Part shown: piece after piece, positions 49,546 through 58,834 of the stretch | How positions within the stretch are numbered: the first letter of the stretch is position 1 | How the letters are laid out: every line of letters starts with the position of its first letter | Sequence record: PZ445523.1 | DNA length: 64,000 nucleotides | Origin: a phage | Direction: 5' to 3' (one strand) | Notes under the pieces: generated by a model | Seen by the model: the letters and a program-made list of their open reading frames with translations, nothing else | What the model was told of the DNA's origin: nothing | Database searches by the model: none | Position numbers and translations under genes: made by a program

Positions 49546-50547
49546 TTACTTAATTAACTGTAAAGCTTGTTCAAGACGATCCAGGCGATTAACAGATTCT
49601 TCCCAAATCCTTTTAGCCTGCTCATATTCTTTCTGTGCTTTATTAGAAATTTCTAGAACTTCTTTATAAGCTTTTTCTAGTGCAATAACTTCTGGACGAA
49701 TTTCTATCGGTTCAGGTGAATCGTCAAGACATTCCATTAGTTCCTCAAGGGTAGTTTCTTCTTTAGGAGTATTCACAATTTCATCACATTTTTGCTGGTA
49801 AATTTCTTTATCAGTCGGTGAGTACGCACACTTTACTTCACGAAGACTAACTACAATTTTATATCCTTCCCAACCGCATATATTCTTAAAAGGATAAGTA
49901 TGAATATTTTCTACTGTTTCCATACAAAGTAATGCAGTCTCTAACTGACGAGTTATATCACTAGCAATTGAGAAAAATTTATTAATGTTCTTTTGATTAG
50001 CTTCTGGTGTAAAAAATTCATAATTCACAAAAATAGCTGCTTTATTTTTATCAAGTTCATATTCTTTTATGATAATCATATCAGAAGCCAAAGGATGAAT
50101 TTGACGATAATCGCCATAACATAATTTAGAAGCTGATTTTAGAATTTGCTTCTTGAAAAGTCTAAAATTACTAACCCAACGACGAGTAAAAATATTCTCA
50201 GGGTCTTCTTTATTATTAAGATGATAAGAATTAACATCACCGAACCAGCTGTATCCTACTACATTTTTAGTTCGTTTAATTTCTTTCCCAAATTTACTAA
50301 GAATATCTTGATTAACTAAATATGAAAGAAGACGAGACTCTTTAAAGGTTTTCTTGATATTATCTTTATCTACACGGCTAGAAATTTTACGAATTTCATG
50401 AATAAATTTAGCAGAAGAAACAATACCTGCATCAACACTATTGAGCCATTGATTGATAATAGAAAGAACGCTATTTTGGCCAAACATCGGTATAGCTTTA
50501 CCATCAATAACGCTATTGAATGATTTGATATATTCGTTACGAGTCAT
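49546..50547 (-). CDS. tandem paralog family member 2 (333 aa from ATG at 50547)
   Basis: ORF track trimmed (GAGGAG SD); early promoter upstream. Confidence 0.6.
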   Translation of the reverse strand: MTRNEYIKSFNSVIDGKAIPMFGQNSVLSIINQWLNSVDAGIVSSAKFIHEIRKISSRVDKDNIKKTFKESRLLSYLVNQDILSKFGKEIKRTKNVVGYSWFGDVNSYHLNNKEDPENIFTRRWVSNFRLFKKQILKSASKLCYGDYRQIHPLASDMIIIKEYELDKNKAAIFVNYEFFTPEANQKNINKFFSIASDITRQLETALLCMETVENIHTYPFKNICGWEGYKIVVSLREVKCAYSPTDKEIYQQKCDEIVNTPKEETTLEELMECLDDSPEPIEIRPEVIALEKAYKEVLEISNKAQKEYEQAKRIWEESVNRLDRLEQALQLIK

Positions 50548-50575
50548 AATAATCTCCTCAGTAGAAAGTAAGAAC

Positions 50576-50605
50576 ATTATACCACATCCTTGTGGCAAAG
50601 TAAAC
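50576..50605 (-). promoter_or_regulatory. T4-type early promoter (near-identical to the one at 6178-6207)
   Basis: attataccacatccttgtggcaaagtaaac. Confidence 0.6.
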
Positions 50606-51627
50606 TAGTTCAGTGCATTTAGTGCATTGTTCAGTTTAGAACGTTGCTTTGCCAGATTTTGAACCCTTGACTGCGCTTGTTCTAACACCTTTTCAGCTTC
50701 TAGCACTTCATTGGTCGCTTTAACGAGTTCATCATCTACTGCCTTAAGAGACTTCTCAATCGCATCAGCGTGCCATTTTTCTACAGGTTTAAAATTTGAA
50801 TTTTCAGTAGGAAGAAAATTCACTTTATTAAGTTTACATGCATCTATATTGCTTGAGCTATACATCCAAAATTTAGGATCGTTTGAGGAGTAATTAGATG
50901 AATTTAAGGTATCTTGCACTTCCTGCTTTTTCTCTTGAACAACTTCGTCCTTTCTCAAAAATTCATATTTAAATGAAACGACCATATCAAGTTCATATGT
51001 TGTTGTGTCTAATTTAAATCGTTCGAAATGCCGCGAAATCCTAGACTGAACACCAGCAACAACATCCATATACTTAAATGCTTCTGTCAACTGTGATTTA
51101 AGGCATTCACAAATTGAAAGAGAATTTTTTGTATTAGGTTTAAAGCTAATTCGTGCAGTTCTATTATTTTCTTTTAACGGTCTTACTTCCATCTGAAGAG
51201 TATAACCATCAAATTTAAGATTCTTTAAGTTAATATCAGAACCTTTTAATCGACTAGCAGTAGACAAAATTTGCTTTAATTGTTTACGGAATAAAGCAAT
51301 AAATCTCCATTCAAGACGATAATGATTTGGATTAAAAAATCCAGTTGATAGATCGGTCTTACTTTGACCAACGCCTCGAACAAATAGAGGATTTTTATAA
51401 TCAATAGTTTTACAGAAATCAACGAGCTGCTCGCGAGCAGTCATTTGTGTAATATACCCTGATTCATTAAAATTACGCACCCATTCACTGCTGTTCAGAT
51501 GTTTAAAGGCGTGAATGGAACAATTAACTTTATTAAGGTCTAAATTATTTTCACACAAAAATGTCATAACATCACGATTATAGCTGGCATTACGAACCAT
51601 ATCTTCAATTTGAGAACGAGTTTTCAT
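50605..51627 (-). CDS. tandem paralog family member 3 (340 aa)
   Basis: ORF track. Confidence 0.6.
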   Translation of the reverse strand: MKTRSQIEDMVRNASYNRDVMTFLCENNLDLNKVNCSIHAFKHLNSSEWVRNFNESGYITQMTAREQLVDFCKTIDYKNPLFVRGVGQSKTDLSTGFFNPNHYRLEWRFIALFRKQLKQILSTASRLKGSDINLKNLKFDGYTLQMEVRPLKENNRTARISFKPNTKNSLSICECLKSQLTEAFKYMDVVAGVQSRISRHFERFKLDTTTYELDMVVSFKYEFLRKDEVVQEKKQEVQDTLNSSNYSSNDPKFWMYSSSNIDACKLNKVNFLPTENSNFKPVEKWHADAIEKSLKAVDDELVKATNEVLEAEKVLEQAQSRVQNLAKQRSKLNNALNALN

Positions 51628-51635
51628 GGTGTTCC

Positions 51636-52550
51636 TTAAGATTTAAGTAAATCAACAATTTTAATTAACTTTTCACGCTCAGATTTAGCTTTACTACTCA
51701 GTCCAGATAGTCTGAAAATTTCATCGTCATATTGTTGAATAGAAATATTCAGCTCTTCAATTTGCTTATTAAAATAATCAATTTGCTCAGAATGTTTTTC
51801 GTTACTACGAACTGGTGCAGGTTTTGTAGGCAATTTAGTTGAACTGGATTCATCCGGGCGATAAATTAAAATACAATTTGAACCAATCGGGCATTTAGCA
51901 CCAGACACATATTCTAATGTTCCAGCTTCTTTTAAAACTTCAAAAGCTAAACAGAGATGATGCCCCATATTAACATAATCTGTAGAGCGAGCTCTGATGT
52001 AATAATCATCTCCACGAGTACTAAATTTAAAGCATTTAAGGTCTTCTGTATTATTAGTTTTAAAAATCATTTGTTTATCTAGACCTTTAGCTAATCGAGC
52101 GCCTAATGCTAATAATCGTCGTTGATTTTCCCACAAATCCGCAATCATTTGGTCGAATGATAATTTCGGCATTAGTCGGCCATAAAGGTCATATCCTTTA
52201 TTATAATTACGAAGGATTTCACTCGCGTTAATACGAGACAATGCTCCAATTTTATTAAGGGCTTTCATAATGCGATTAGATAAACTCATTCCAGACCCAT
52301 TTGTTCGCTGTAAATGTTTTTCTAATCCAAATCCAATATCAACTTTAAATTTATCTAAAATTTCAGCATGAACATCTCTGTCAATAACATTCAAATCCAA
52401 AGTTGGGTTAAATCTATGAAAAAATTTATCTGGCTCTCCACGACGAAATACAGTCCATTCATTCATCATTTTTTTATTAACTAAGGATTTAATTACTGCA
52501 TTGACATTATTAATTACTACTGACATATTTTCCTCACTCAATTTTACCAA
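51636..52550 (-). CDS. tandem paralog family member 4 (304 aa)
   Basis: ORF track. Confidence 0.6.
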   Translation of the reverse strand: MVKLSEENMSVVINNVNAVIKSLVNKKMMNEWTVFRRGEPDKFFHRFNPTLDLNVIDRDVHAEILDKFKVDIGFGLEKHLQRTNGSGMSLSNRIMKALNKIGALSRINASEILRNYNKGYDLYGRLMPKLSFDQMIADLWENQRRLLALGARLAKGLDKQMIFKTNNTEDLKCFKFSTRGDDYYIRARSTDYVNMGHHLCLAFEVLKEAGTLEYVSGAKCPIGSNCILIYRPDESSSTKLPTKPAPVRSNEKHSEQIDYFNKQIEELNISIQQYDDEIFRLSGLSSKAKSEREKLIKIVDLLKS

Positions 52551-52935
52551 TTACGCGGAATAAGATTGAACAGACTATATAAGTACCACATATAGATTGA
52601 ACTAATGCCATTCCAAAGAACCAAACAATATTATCAAACCATGTCTGTTTTACGTCGAAAGGACGTAAACTTACAGTAATATTATCACCTTTTTCTATTG
52701 ATGAATACATCTCTGGGGAAATATATTCACTAAATCTATAACCGTCTTTGAGTTCATATACGGCAATAAACGATAAACTAGACCCCTTTCCTTGAGTTCC
52801 TGTAAGGGTATTAACTACAGGAACATCATAATCTTTATAATGCATATAATCATTAATTGCGTAATAACCATATGCAATTACTATACATAAACAACATATC
52901 AATAAATTCAATCTTTTAATTATCAACTGTTTCAT
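52534..52935 (-). CDS. membrane protein (133 aa, N- and C-terminal hydrophobic helices)
   Basis: ORF track. Confidence 0.5.
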   Translation of the reverse strand: MKQLIIKRLNLLICCLCIVIAYGYYAINDYMHYKDYDVPVVNTLTGTQGKGSSLSFIAVYELKDGYRFSEYISPEMYSSIEKGDNITVSLRPFDVKQTWFDNIVWFFGMALVQSICGTYIVCSILFRVIGKIE

Positions 52936-52990
52936 AATAATCTCAATTAAAAGGGCTTAGAACCATTATACCATCCTTGGTATAAAGCGG

Positions 52991-53518
52991 TTATGCGAGT
53001 ACCGTCTTTAACCGTTCTTCAAACTTCCGAAGAGTATTCTGGCGTTCAGCTCTTTGCTTTTTGTAAGTTTCAATACGCTCTGAAATGAGAGTGTATCGTT
53101 CATTTACTGATTCTTTCATAAAATCAGGAATTTCACGAGAAGCTTTAATCTCGTCAAATTTATCAATAACAGCTTGCTCTTCAGCAATTAAGTTATCATA
53201 CATCAAAATATCTTTCTTGATGAACTCAATATCTTCTTGAGTTACACGAGATAACTTAGATGCTTTATCCTTTTTGTACTGTTCGTTAGTATCACGAGAC
53301 CAGTGTAATGTACGATTTTTATTCGTATTCTTGTAAATTTCTACAATACCAATCTCATCAATAATAACGATCCAATTCCAACGGGATTTGTAAATTTGTC
53401 CTCCATCAACAGTGATTTCACCTCCGATTGAGATGTCATTAAAGAACTTGCTTTGTGCTTCAGATTTAAATTTACCATCGTTGTAATTTACCAGGTTGAA
53501 AATATCTTTAGCGTTCAT
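52991..53518 (-). CDS. hypothetical protein (175 aa from ATG at 53518)
   Basis: ORF track trimmed: upstream part is translated promoter/leader; GGAGGA SD. Confidence 0.5.
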   Translation of the reverse strand: MNAKDIFNLVNYNDGKFKSEAQSKFFNDISIGGEITVDGGQIYKSRWNWIVIIDEIGIVEIYKNTNKNRTLHWSRDTNEQYKKDKASKLSRVTQEDIEFIKKDILMYDNLIAEEQAVIDKFDEIKASREIPDFMKESVNERYTLISERIETYKKQRAERQNTLRKFEERLKTVLA

Positions 53519-53546
53519 TTTGTGTTCCTCCGTAGTTGATAGTTGT

Positions 53547-53576
53547 ATAGTACCACAGAGGAACGGTCTTGTAAAC
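53547..53576 (-). promoter_or_regulatory. T4-type early promoter
   Basis: atagta-N18-gtaaac; near-identical to cassette at 1141-1200. Confidence 0.6.
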
Positions 53577-53578
53577 AA

Positions 53579-53893
53579 CTAAAAGAAACTTCTTTCACAA
53601 TTTTTTCCACTGAACCACGCGCTCACTGCTTTCTTAGTCTCAGGAGCAGTATTATCCATAAACCATTCAAAGGCAGCCTTTTTATGATTCTGGAGGGCTT
53701 CTCGGGCTTTAATCTGCTCACGGTCTATTAACACTAACATATGAGCCTTTCTTGTCACCATGGGCTTCTTATGATTTTTTGAATACTCCCAATCATTTGT
53801 CCATCGCATCGTTGTTGCGAACTGGAATACAGCTTCTTTAATTTTAGTTTCGTAAATTTCACGAGCCTTTGAGTATAACATCACTACCTCCAT
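53579..53893 (-). CDS. hypothetical protein (104 aa)
   Basis: ORF track. Confidence 0.45.
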   Translation of the reverse strand: MEVVMLYSKAREIYETKIKEAVFQFATTMRWTNDWEYSKNHKKPMVTRKAHMLVLIDREQIKAREALQNHKKAAFEWFMDNTAPETKKAVSAWFSGKNCERSFF

Positions 53894-53963
53894 TTACCAG
53901 TTTAATTCTAGTCATCTTTTTGATGGCAGTCCATATAATCTATTTCTGAACTGCCTTTTTGTC

Positions 53964-54683
53964 TTATGATTCTTCTAAATGTCTTTTCTGAAAAGTTGAT
54001 ACCATACTACGATAAGGTTCATTTGGATACCCGTGTTTTATAGCTTCCTTTGTAAATTTTCTCCATCCGTATTTAGTTTCTTTCCAAAGCTCGAATAATT
54101 CATCTTCATACTGCCATATAGTTAAATGAGAACGCTTTGCAGCTTTAATTCCATTAATGTGCTTTTCTTTTACTGTAGGATTGCTTAGTGTCTTTTTAAT
54201 AATATTACTAACTTTTCTAACAAAAGCTGGGTCCTTATATCGTTGTGAAGTTTTTATTGAAGTGTTTAATTTAGCTTCCGGCGTGGATGTGACCTCTTTC
54301 ATCTTTTTCTTCATATGCTCTATATGATTAGGATTTTTCCATAAATTTATAGAATGCTTTTTACATTTTATCCTAGTTTCATCTGCAACCTTTCCTCCTT
54401 CACCCCCATATGACAGGTTAACGCAGTTTTTTCCATATTTCAATTTACCTGCCATGATATATAATATTTCGGCTTGTACCATTTTATCATAATTATCAAA
54501 AACTTCTAAAACCGTTTTTGATAATATATGGTCATTTGACACTTTTACACGTTCTATATAATTTCCACTACCAACATACGAATCATTGATGTTATTAGTT
54601 ATATGTCGACCATAATAGTATTTCTTAATACCTGTCTTTAAATTTAATATTTCAGTTTTATAGATAGTAAAATATTTTTTCAT
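53964..54683 (-). mobile_element. GIY-YIG-type homing endonuclease-like gene (Seg-like), 239 aa, possibly degenerate
   Basis: N-terminus FTIYKTEILNLKTGIKKYYYGRH resembles GIY...YIG...R..H; lysine-rich helical C-terminus. Confidence 0.45.
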
Positions 54684-55648
54684 TTTAATAATACCGTTTC
54701 AGCAATTTCTTCCCAATGGTTTTTGTCGGTCATAATAAAGTCAGCAAGATAAAGTGCAGTACGCAGTGAAACATTGCGTAAACGATTAACATTGACTTTC
54801 ATCCATGATAATGCTTTATAAGTTTCTTCATCAGAAAGACCGCGCTTTTGCATCATGTCAGTTGAAAGAATAACATCTTCAACCCTGACCATAATTTCTT
54901 CATTAGTGTGAACACCCAAATCTAAATAAACTGAGCGGGACACTAATGCTTGTAAATGTGGAGCAAGTTTAGTACCACGGTCTAATTCGCGGTCAATATC
55001 AACGTTTGTGATAAAAACAATCGTTCCTTTAAATTCAAACTCACGCTCAATGCCTTTTTCTTCTAAGTAAGAAGATGCAGTGCTCCAGCAGACTTTACGG
55101 GTCTCTCCAGTGTCCAGAGCAGCTTTCAGAAGATTAAGAATGTCCATATCAGAGAAAACATCCACATCATCAATCAAAAGGACAGAATTCTCTTCACGAT
55201 TATTCCAAAGCTGTTCATAAAGACCGATACCAGAGATTTTACCATTAATGCTTTTATACTCAATGTATCCAATATCATTTGCTTTATTCAAAGCTTTATC
55301 TAAAGAATACGTTTTACCAATACCTGCCGCACCAGAGATAATTAATGAACGAATGTTTCCGTTAATAATACCATTCGTCATCATTCCCATAACATTAAAT
55401 CTTTTATTAATGCGGGTTTTCATATCTTCATATGATTCTTTAACTTCTTCAACTTTTACACCATCATATGAAATGTCTGATTTGTAAACCCAAACACCGC
55501 GACGTTTACCATCAATTTCAACAAAAACTTTACCGTCTCCTTGTGCATCTACCGGAGCATTATCTGGGAACCATTCGCCTAAGAGCTCAAAAGTTCCAGA
55601 AATTTCTTTACCGAAGTAGATACCCTTATTGATAGTTACAGTTTTCAT
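54680..55648 (-). CDS. P-loop NTPase (AAA-like), 322 aa from ATG at 55648
   Basis: Walker A GAAGIGKT, Walker B LLIDDVD, sensor-like FITNVD; ORF-track N-terminus is translated promoter/terminator. Confidence 0.6.
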   Translation of the reverse strand: MKTVTINKGIYFGKEISGTFELLGEWFPDNAPVDAQGDGKVFVEIDGKRRGVWVYKSDISYDGVKVEEVKESYEDMKTRINKRFNVMGMMTNGIINGNIRSLIISGAAGIGKTYSLDKALNKANDIGYIEYKSINGKISGIGLYEQLWNNREENSVLLIDDVDVFSDMDILNLLKAALDTGETRKVCWSTASSYLEEKGIEREFEFKGTIVFITNVDIDRELDRGTKLAPHLQALVSRSVYLDLGVHTNEEIMVRVEDVILSTDMMQKRGLSDEETYKALSWMKVNVNRLRNVSLRTALYLADFIMTDKNHWEEIAETVLLK

Positions 55649-55682
55649 TTTATTCTCCAAATCCGTATCAGTTGATAGTTGT

Positions 55683-55712
55683 ATAGTACCATAAAGCTTT
55701 ATGCTTGTAAAC
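55683..55712 (-). promoter_or_regulatory. T4-type early promoter
   Basis: atagta-N18-gtaaac. Confidence 0.6.
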
Positions 55713-55742
55713 AACTTTGTGAAAAATTTTTGAAATAAAAAA

Positions 55743-55762
55743 GGGGAGCCCGAAGGCTCCCC
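55743..55762 (-). terminator. intrinsic terminator (GGGGAGCC-UUCG-GGCUCCCC plus U tract)
   Basis: ggggagcccgaaggctcccc followed on transcript by a long U run. Confidence 0.7.
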
Positions 55763-55763
55763 A

Positions 55764-56777
55764 TCATTTATAATAACTTCGGTGGTTTTCAAGATAGACC
55801 TTCTCAAGGAAGTCATCCCAGAAACTCATGTCTACTTTTTGCTGCATACCGTTCTTAGAAGCTTCAGTAGATGCTGCTTCTACTTGATCGACCACATCTT
55901 CCAAAAACTCTTGAACCGTTTTAAATGGATGTTTACCCAACTTCACGTCGAGAATAAATGGAGCATCTTGGAGTGGATAAATCAAGTCGCCAGTTTTGTA
56001 AATTTCCAATAGTTGAAGTCCACCACGACAAGCATGGCTCAGAGCTTTCCAGTCAATACCTTCATTGGCTTCAGCCTTACGAGCACGTTCACCGTATTCA
56101 GCATCTAATTTGTTCAGTGACTGCTTAAGCTCAATAAGAGAAAGCGTTGTCTGATATTTACGACCCAACACAGTGTAGAACGTTTGTGGGCCTGTTTTCT
56201 CATGATTATGGAACACCCATTCACAGAATTCGTTTTCTGGAAGACGATGCTTAATATCTTCAACTTTAGTGCGACGCTGCTTAATAGAACCATCTTCTTG
56301 GTAATCAACCCATTGCTCAGGGATTTGATTAACTACTTTCAATACATCACGTAATGCAGCCAAACGAGAACCCTTGACACCGTATTTAGAAGCTTGCTTG
56401 CGGACATATCCTAAATATGATTTCATGTTAGTCGTATAAAAACGAGAACGGTTGTCTTGAATAAACTTCCACACATCAGGCAAATCAGATTTAACCACTA
56501 GTTCAGGTGGAGTGTGAAGCATATCTAATGCTACAGTTTCACCATCTGCTGCTAATTTAAAGAAATATTTAAGACTGTATAGTTCATGGTCAATATCATC
56601 TTTAGTGTTTTTAGATGATGTGTTGTTAGTGTTTTTACTCATATGCTCTTTAACATTTCCGATAAGAATATCGCGAGCAGGAGGAACAAAGATTTCTTTA
56701 AAATCTACATCAGATTCTGGGGTAGAAGTTCCATAAAGATGACTACCAAAATAGCTTTTCATTACTGTTTTCATCAT
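55764..56777 (-). CDS. predicted nucleotidyltransferase (minimal NTase fold), 337 aa
   Basis: N-terminal GSHLYGTSTPESDVDF fits G[SG]-x9-13-D-x-[DE] nucleotidyltransferase motif. Confidence 0.5.
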   Translation of the reverse strand: MMKTVMKSYFGSHLYGTSTPESDVDFKEIFVPPARDILIGNVKEHMSKNTNNTSSKNTKDDIDHELYSLKYFFKLAADGETVALDMLHTPPELVVKSDLPDVWKFIQDNRSRFYTTNMKSYLGYVRKQASKYGVKGSRLAALRDVLKVVNQIPEQWVDYQEDGSIKQRRTKVEDIKHRLPENEFCEWVFHNHEKTGPQTFYTVLGRKYQTTLSLIELKQSLNKLDAEYGERARKAEANEGIDWKALSHACRGGLQLLEIYKTGDLIYPLQDAPFILDVKLGKHPFKTVQEFLEDVVDQVEAASTEASKNGMQQKVDMSFWDDFLEKVYLENHRSYYK

Positions 56778-57235
56778 TCAGCCTTATATTCAATAACAGG
56801 ACATACTTTAGCTTTACGAGCTTTTAAAAATTCAACGATAATCGATTTCTTGGGTTGAATAGGAGGTAAACCTTTATACGCCCTATCAATATTTTCTATG
56901 TGTAAAGCATAATCCTTTTTCCATTTATAATCTTTATATTTTTCACGCAAATGTGCAGGAATAACAAATGAACCGATAATAAGTAAAACAACCAAAAGCG
57001 CAAGTATAAATGCTGATGGAAGCAAAGTCCATAAACTACCAAAAATAAGCCAACGTTGTAGGCTTTCTGCACAAATAATTGTTAGCCCTACGAGTATAGC
57101 ACACCCAAAAATAGAAACGAAAAATGTAGGAATAGCAATAGACCAAAAATATGCGCATAGTGTCTTAGGTCGTTGCCATTCATCGTTAAACAATTTGAAT
57201 AATTTATAGTGCCAAGAGTTTTCATTAATAATCAT
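56774..57235 (-). CDS. multi-pass membrane protein (153 aa)
   Basis: ORF track; two to three hydrophobic segments. Confidence 0.5.
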   Translation of the reverse strand: MIINENSWHYKLFKLFNDEWQRPKTLCAYFWSIAIPTFFVSIFGCAILVGLTIICAESLQRWLIFGSLWTLLPSAFILALLVVLLIIGSFVIPAHLREKYKDYKWKKDYALHIENIDRAYKGLPPIQPKKSIIVEFLKARKAKVCPVIEYKAE

Positions 57236-57237
57236 AA

Positions 57238-57759
57238 TTATCCTTTCATTGAAGGCGTAACGGTTGTTAAATACTTAATCATAGCTTCAGCTTCTGATTT
57301 TGATAATGAAATTTCTCCATTGTTTTGACGAATAGAAATAAAATCCGGATGACGGTCACCACCAGCTTTTAAAACACACATATAAGTATCAACTTCGCCT
57401 TCAATATTTGAAATGATTGAAGCAGTTCCACATGAATGTGGTTTTTGATAAATCAATACAGCTTTTCTTCCGCCATTTGACTGTTCATATGCTTTTAACA
57501 CATCAAGCAAATCAGTTCTTTTATCAATAGCTAAAATGTTATTTTCATCTTCAATGTTAAATCCTTCGGATACTTCATAAAGCGTTACCCATAAATCACC
57601 AATGTCAATAACAGCATTTACGTTTCCACGGCTTTCAAGAGCATGACAAATTTTCTTGATTTCGTCATAACTCATTTTAATAATATCATCTCCTTGAATA
57701 AGAAAGATGTCATTTTTAAATTCAACACGAATTAAACCACTTCCACTTGAAATAAACAT
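57238..57759 (-). CDS. hypothetical protein (173 aa), paralog of next gene
   Basis: C-terminal ...EAEAMIKYLTTVTPSMKG resembles ...EAIALKTYLDSVIPTMISK. Confidence 0.5.
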   Translation of the reverse strand: MFISSGSGLIRVEFKNDIFLIQGDDIIKMSYDEIKKICHALESRGNVNAVIDIGDLWVTLYEVSEGFNIEDENNILAIDKRTDLLDVLKAYEQSNGGRKAVLIYQKPHSCGTASIISNIEGEVDTYMCVLKAGGDRHPDFISIRQNNGEISLSKSEAEAMIKYLTTVTPSMKG

Positions 57760-57765
57760 ATTTCC

Positions 57766-58320
57766 TCACTTTGAAATCATAGTTGGAATGACAGAATCAA
57801 GATAAGTCTTTAGCGCAATAGCTTCGTCTTTGGTAAATGTGACAATATGTGCTCGAGAATCATCAATTTGGCGAACAAGTACGACATCGCCATCTTCATA
57901 AGAAGTCTTGACATCCAAAGTCGTAGTATAATTTGCAGCTACTGGATTAATAATGCTAGCACCGCGATCTTTAGCCCATTGAAGTTTAGACTTTTCGGGT
58001 GTTTCGACTGTTTCAGATTCCAAGAATTCTTTCACCTTGGCAACGAATGTTGCCCAATTGTTGATAGAAAGACACGCAAGTTCAGTTTCAATATTACCAC
58101 CGTGAGTGCCACGATAAAAACGAACTTGGAGGTCGTCTGTAATATTAGTTACACAGGTAACTCCTGAGGGAGCATAAGATAAAATCGCAGGCAATTCCAT
58201 AGGAAGAATAGTAATACTATCGTCTTCCTGCGTCAGAACGTATATATTACCACGTTTTTCGATAACCAGGTCACCGAACAAATCAGTTGTTTCAATTACA
58301 GCTTTCATATTATTTACCAA
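57766..58320 (-). CDS. hypothetical protein (184 aa), paralog of previous gene
   Basis: ORF track; shared C-terminal motif. Confidence 0.5.
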   Translation of the reverse strand: MVNNMKAVIETTDLFGDLVIEKRGNIYVLTQEDDSITILPMELPAILSYAPSGVTCVTNITDDLQVRFYRGTHGGNIETELACLSINNWATFVAKVKEFLESETVETPEKSKLQWAKDRGASIINPVAANYTTTLDVKTSYEDGDVVLVRQIDDSRAHIVTFTKDEAIALKTYLDSVIPTMISK

Positions 58321-58495
58321 TTAAAGTTTCAATATAAGAATCAAGATTTACTTTAGCTTCTTCCATAAGAGTTTTGTATTTAATCTTGTTGGCATGTCCG
58401 GAGAAAGCTGATTCATCAATAATTGTTGATGTATGAACAGCTTTACTATACGTCTCAATTAATTCTCTTAATTTAAAAGCCTGCTCACTTGTCAT
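58310..58495 (-). CDS. small helical protein, ~60-aa paralog family (61 aa)
   Basis: MTSEQAFKLRELIETYSKAV...; shares pattern with five neighbours. Confidence 0.5.
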   Translation of the reverse strand: MTSEQAFKLRELIETYSKAVHTSTIIDESAFSGHANKIKYKTLMEEAKVNLDSYIETLIGK

Positions 58496-58626
58496 TACAT
58501 ACTCCTCTGAATCATATCAATAATGTTGTTCACCAGATTATAAGTAAACATTGGGTAATTATATTGAATCATCACATACACAACAAACAAAACTTTCATT
58601 CTCTTCTCCTTGGCAGTTGACAAGAT

Positions 58627-58656
58627 TACTATACCATAACCTTGCCAACTTGTAAA
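58627..58656 (-). promoter_or_regulatory. T4-type early promoter
   Basis: actata-N18-gtaaac. Confidence 0.5.
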
Positions 58657-58658
58657 CC

Positions 58659-58834
58659 ATTAAATGACGTTTTCGATAAAATTCTGAAGCTTTGTATGAG
58701 CATCAACCATGATTTTCATTTCTTCTTTGGCGAAAGCTATACCTCTTTCACGAGAAGAATATTCATAGTCAGAAACTGCATTAGCATATTCTTCAATTAG
58801 CTTTCATTAAAAACATCTGCTTTTCAGTTTTCAT
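58659..58834 (-). pseudogene. frameshifted member of the ~60-aa family (two +1 shifts)
   Basis: Frame 1 gives MKTEKQMFLMKAN*, +1 frame continues IEEYANAVSDYEYSSRERGIAFAKEEMKIMVDAHTKLQN, and a further +1 after a T5 run gives FIENVI*; joined product aligns with 58310..58495. Confidence 0.45.

Noticed and set aside
1027-55816. Shared N-terminal peptide (FTKLFTRLFLCGTIQLSTTEEHK-like) in ORF-track entries 1027..1275, 27879..28370, 52991..53578 and 54680..55816, which looked like a conserved protein domain
   Set aside because: It is the translation of the repeated early promoter and leader in an open frame upstream of the true ATG; the real products start after the GGAG site and are unrelated
58610-58622. 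Plus-strand TTGACA hexamer, considered as a host-type promoter
   Set aside because: No suitably spaced -10 element follows it; it overlaps the minus-strand early promoter region
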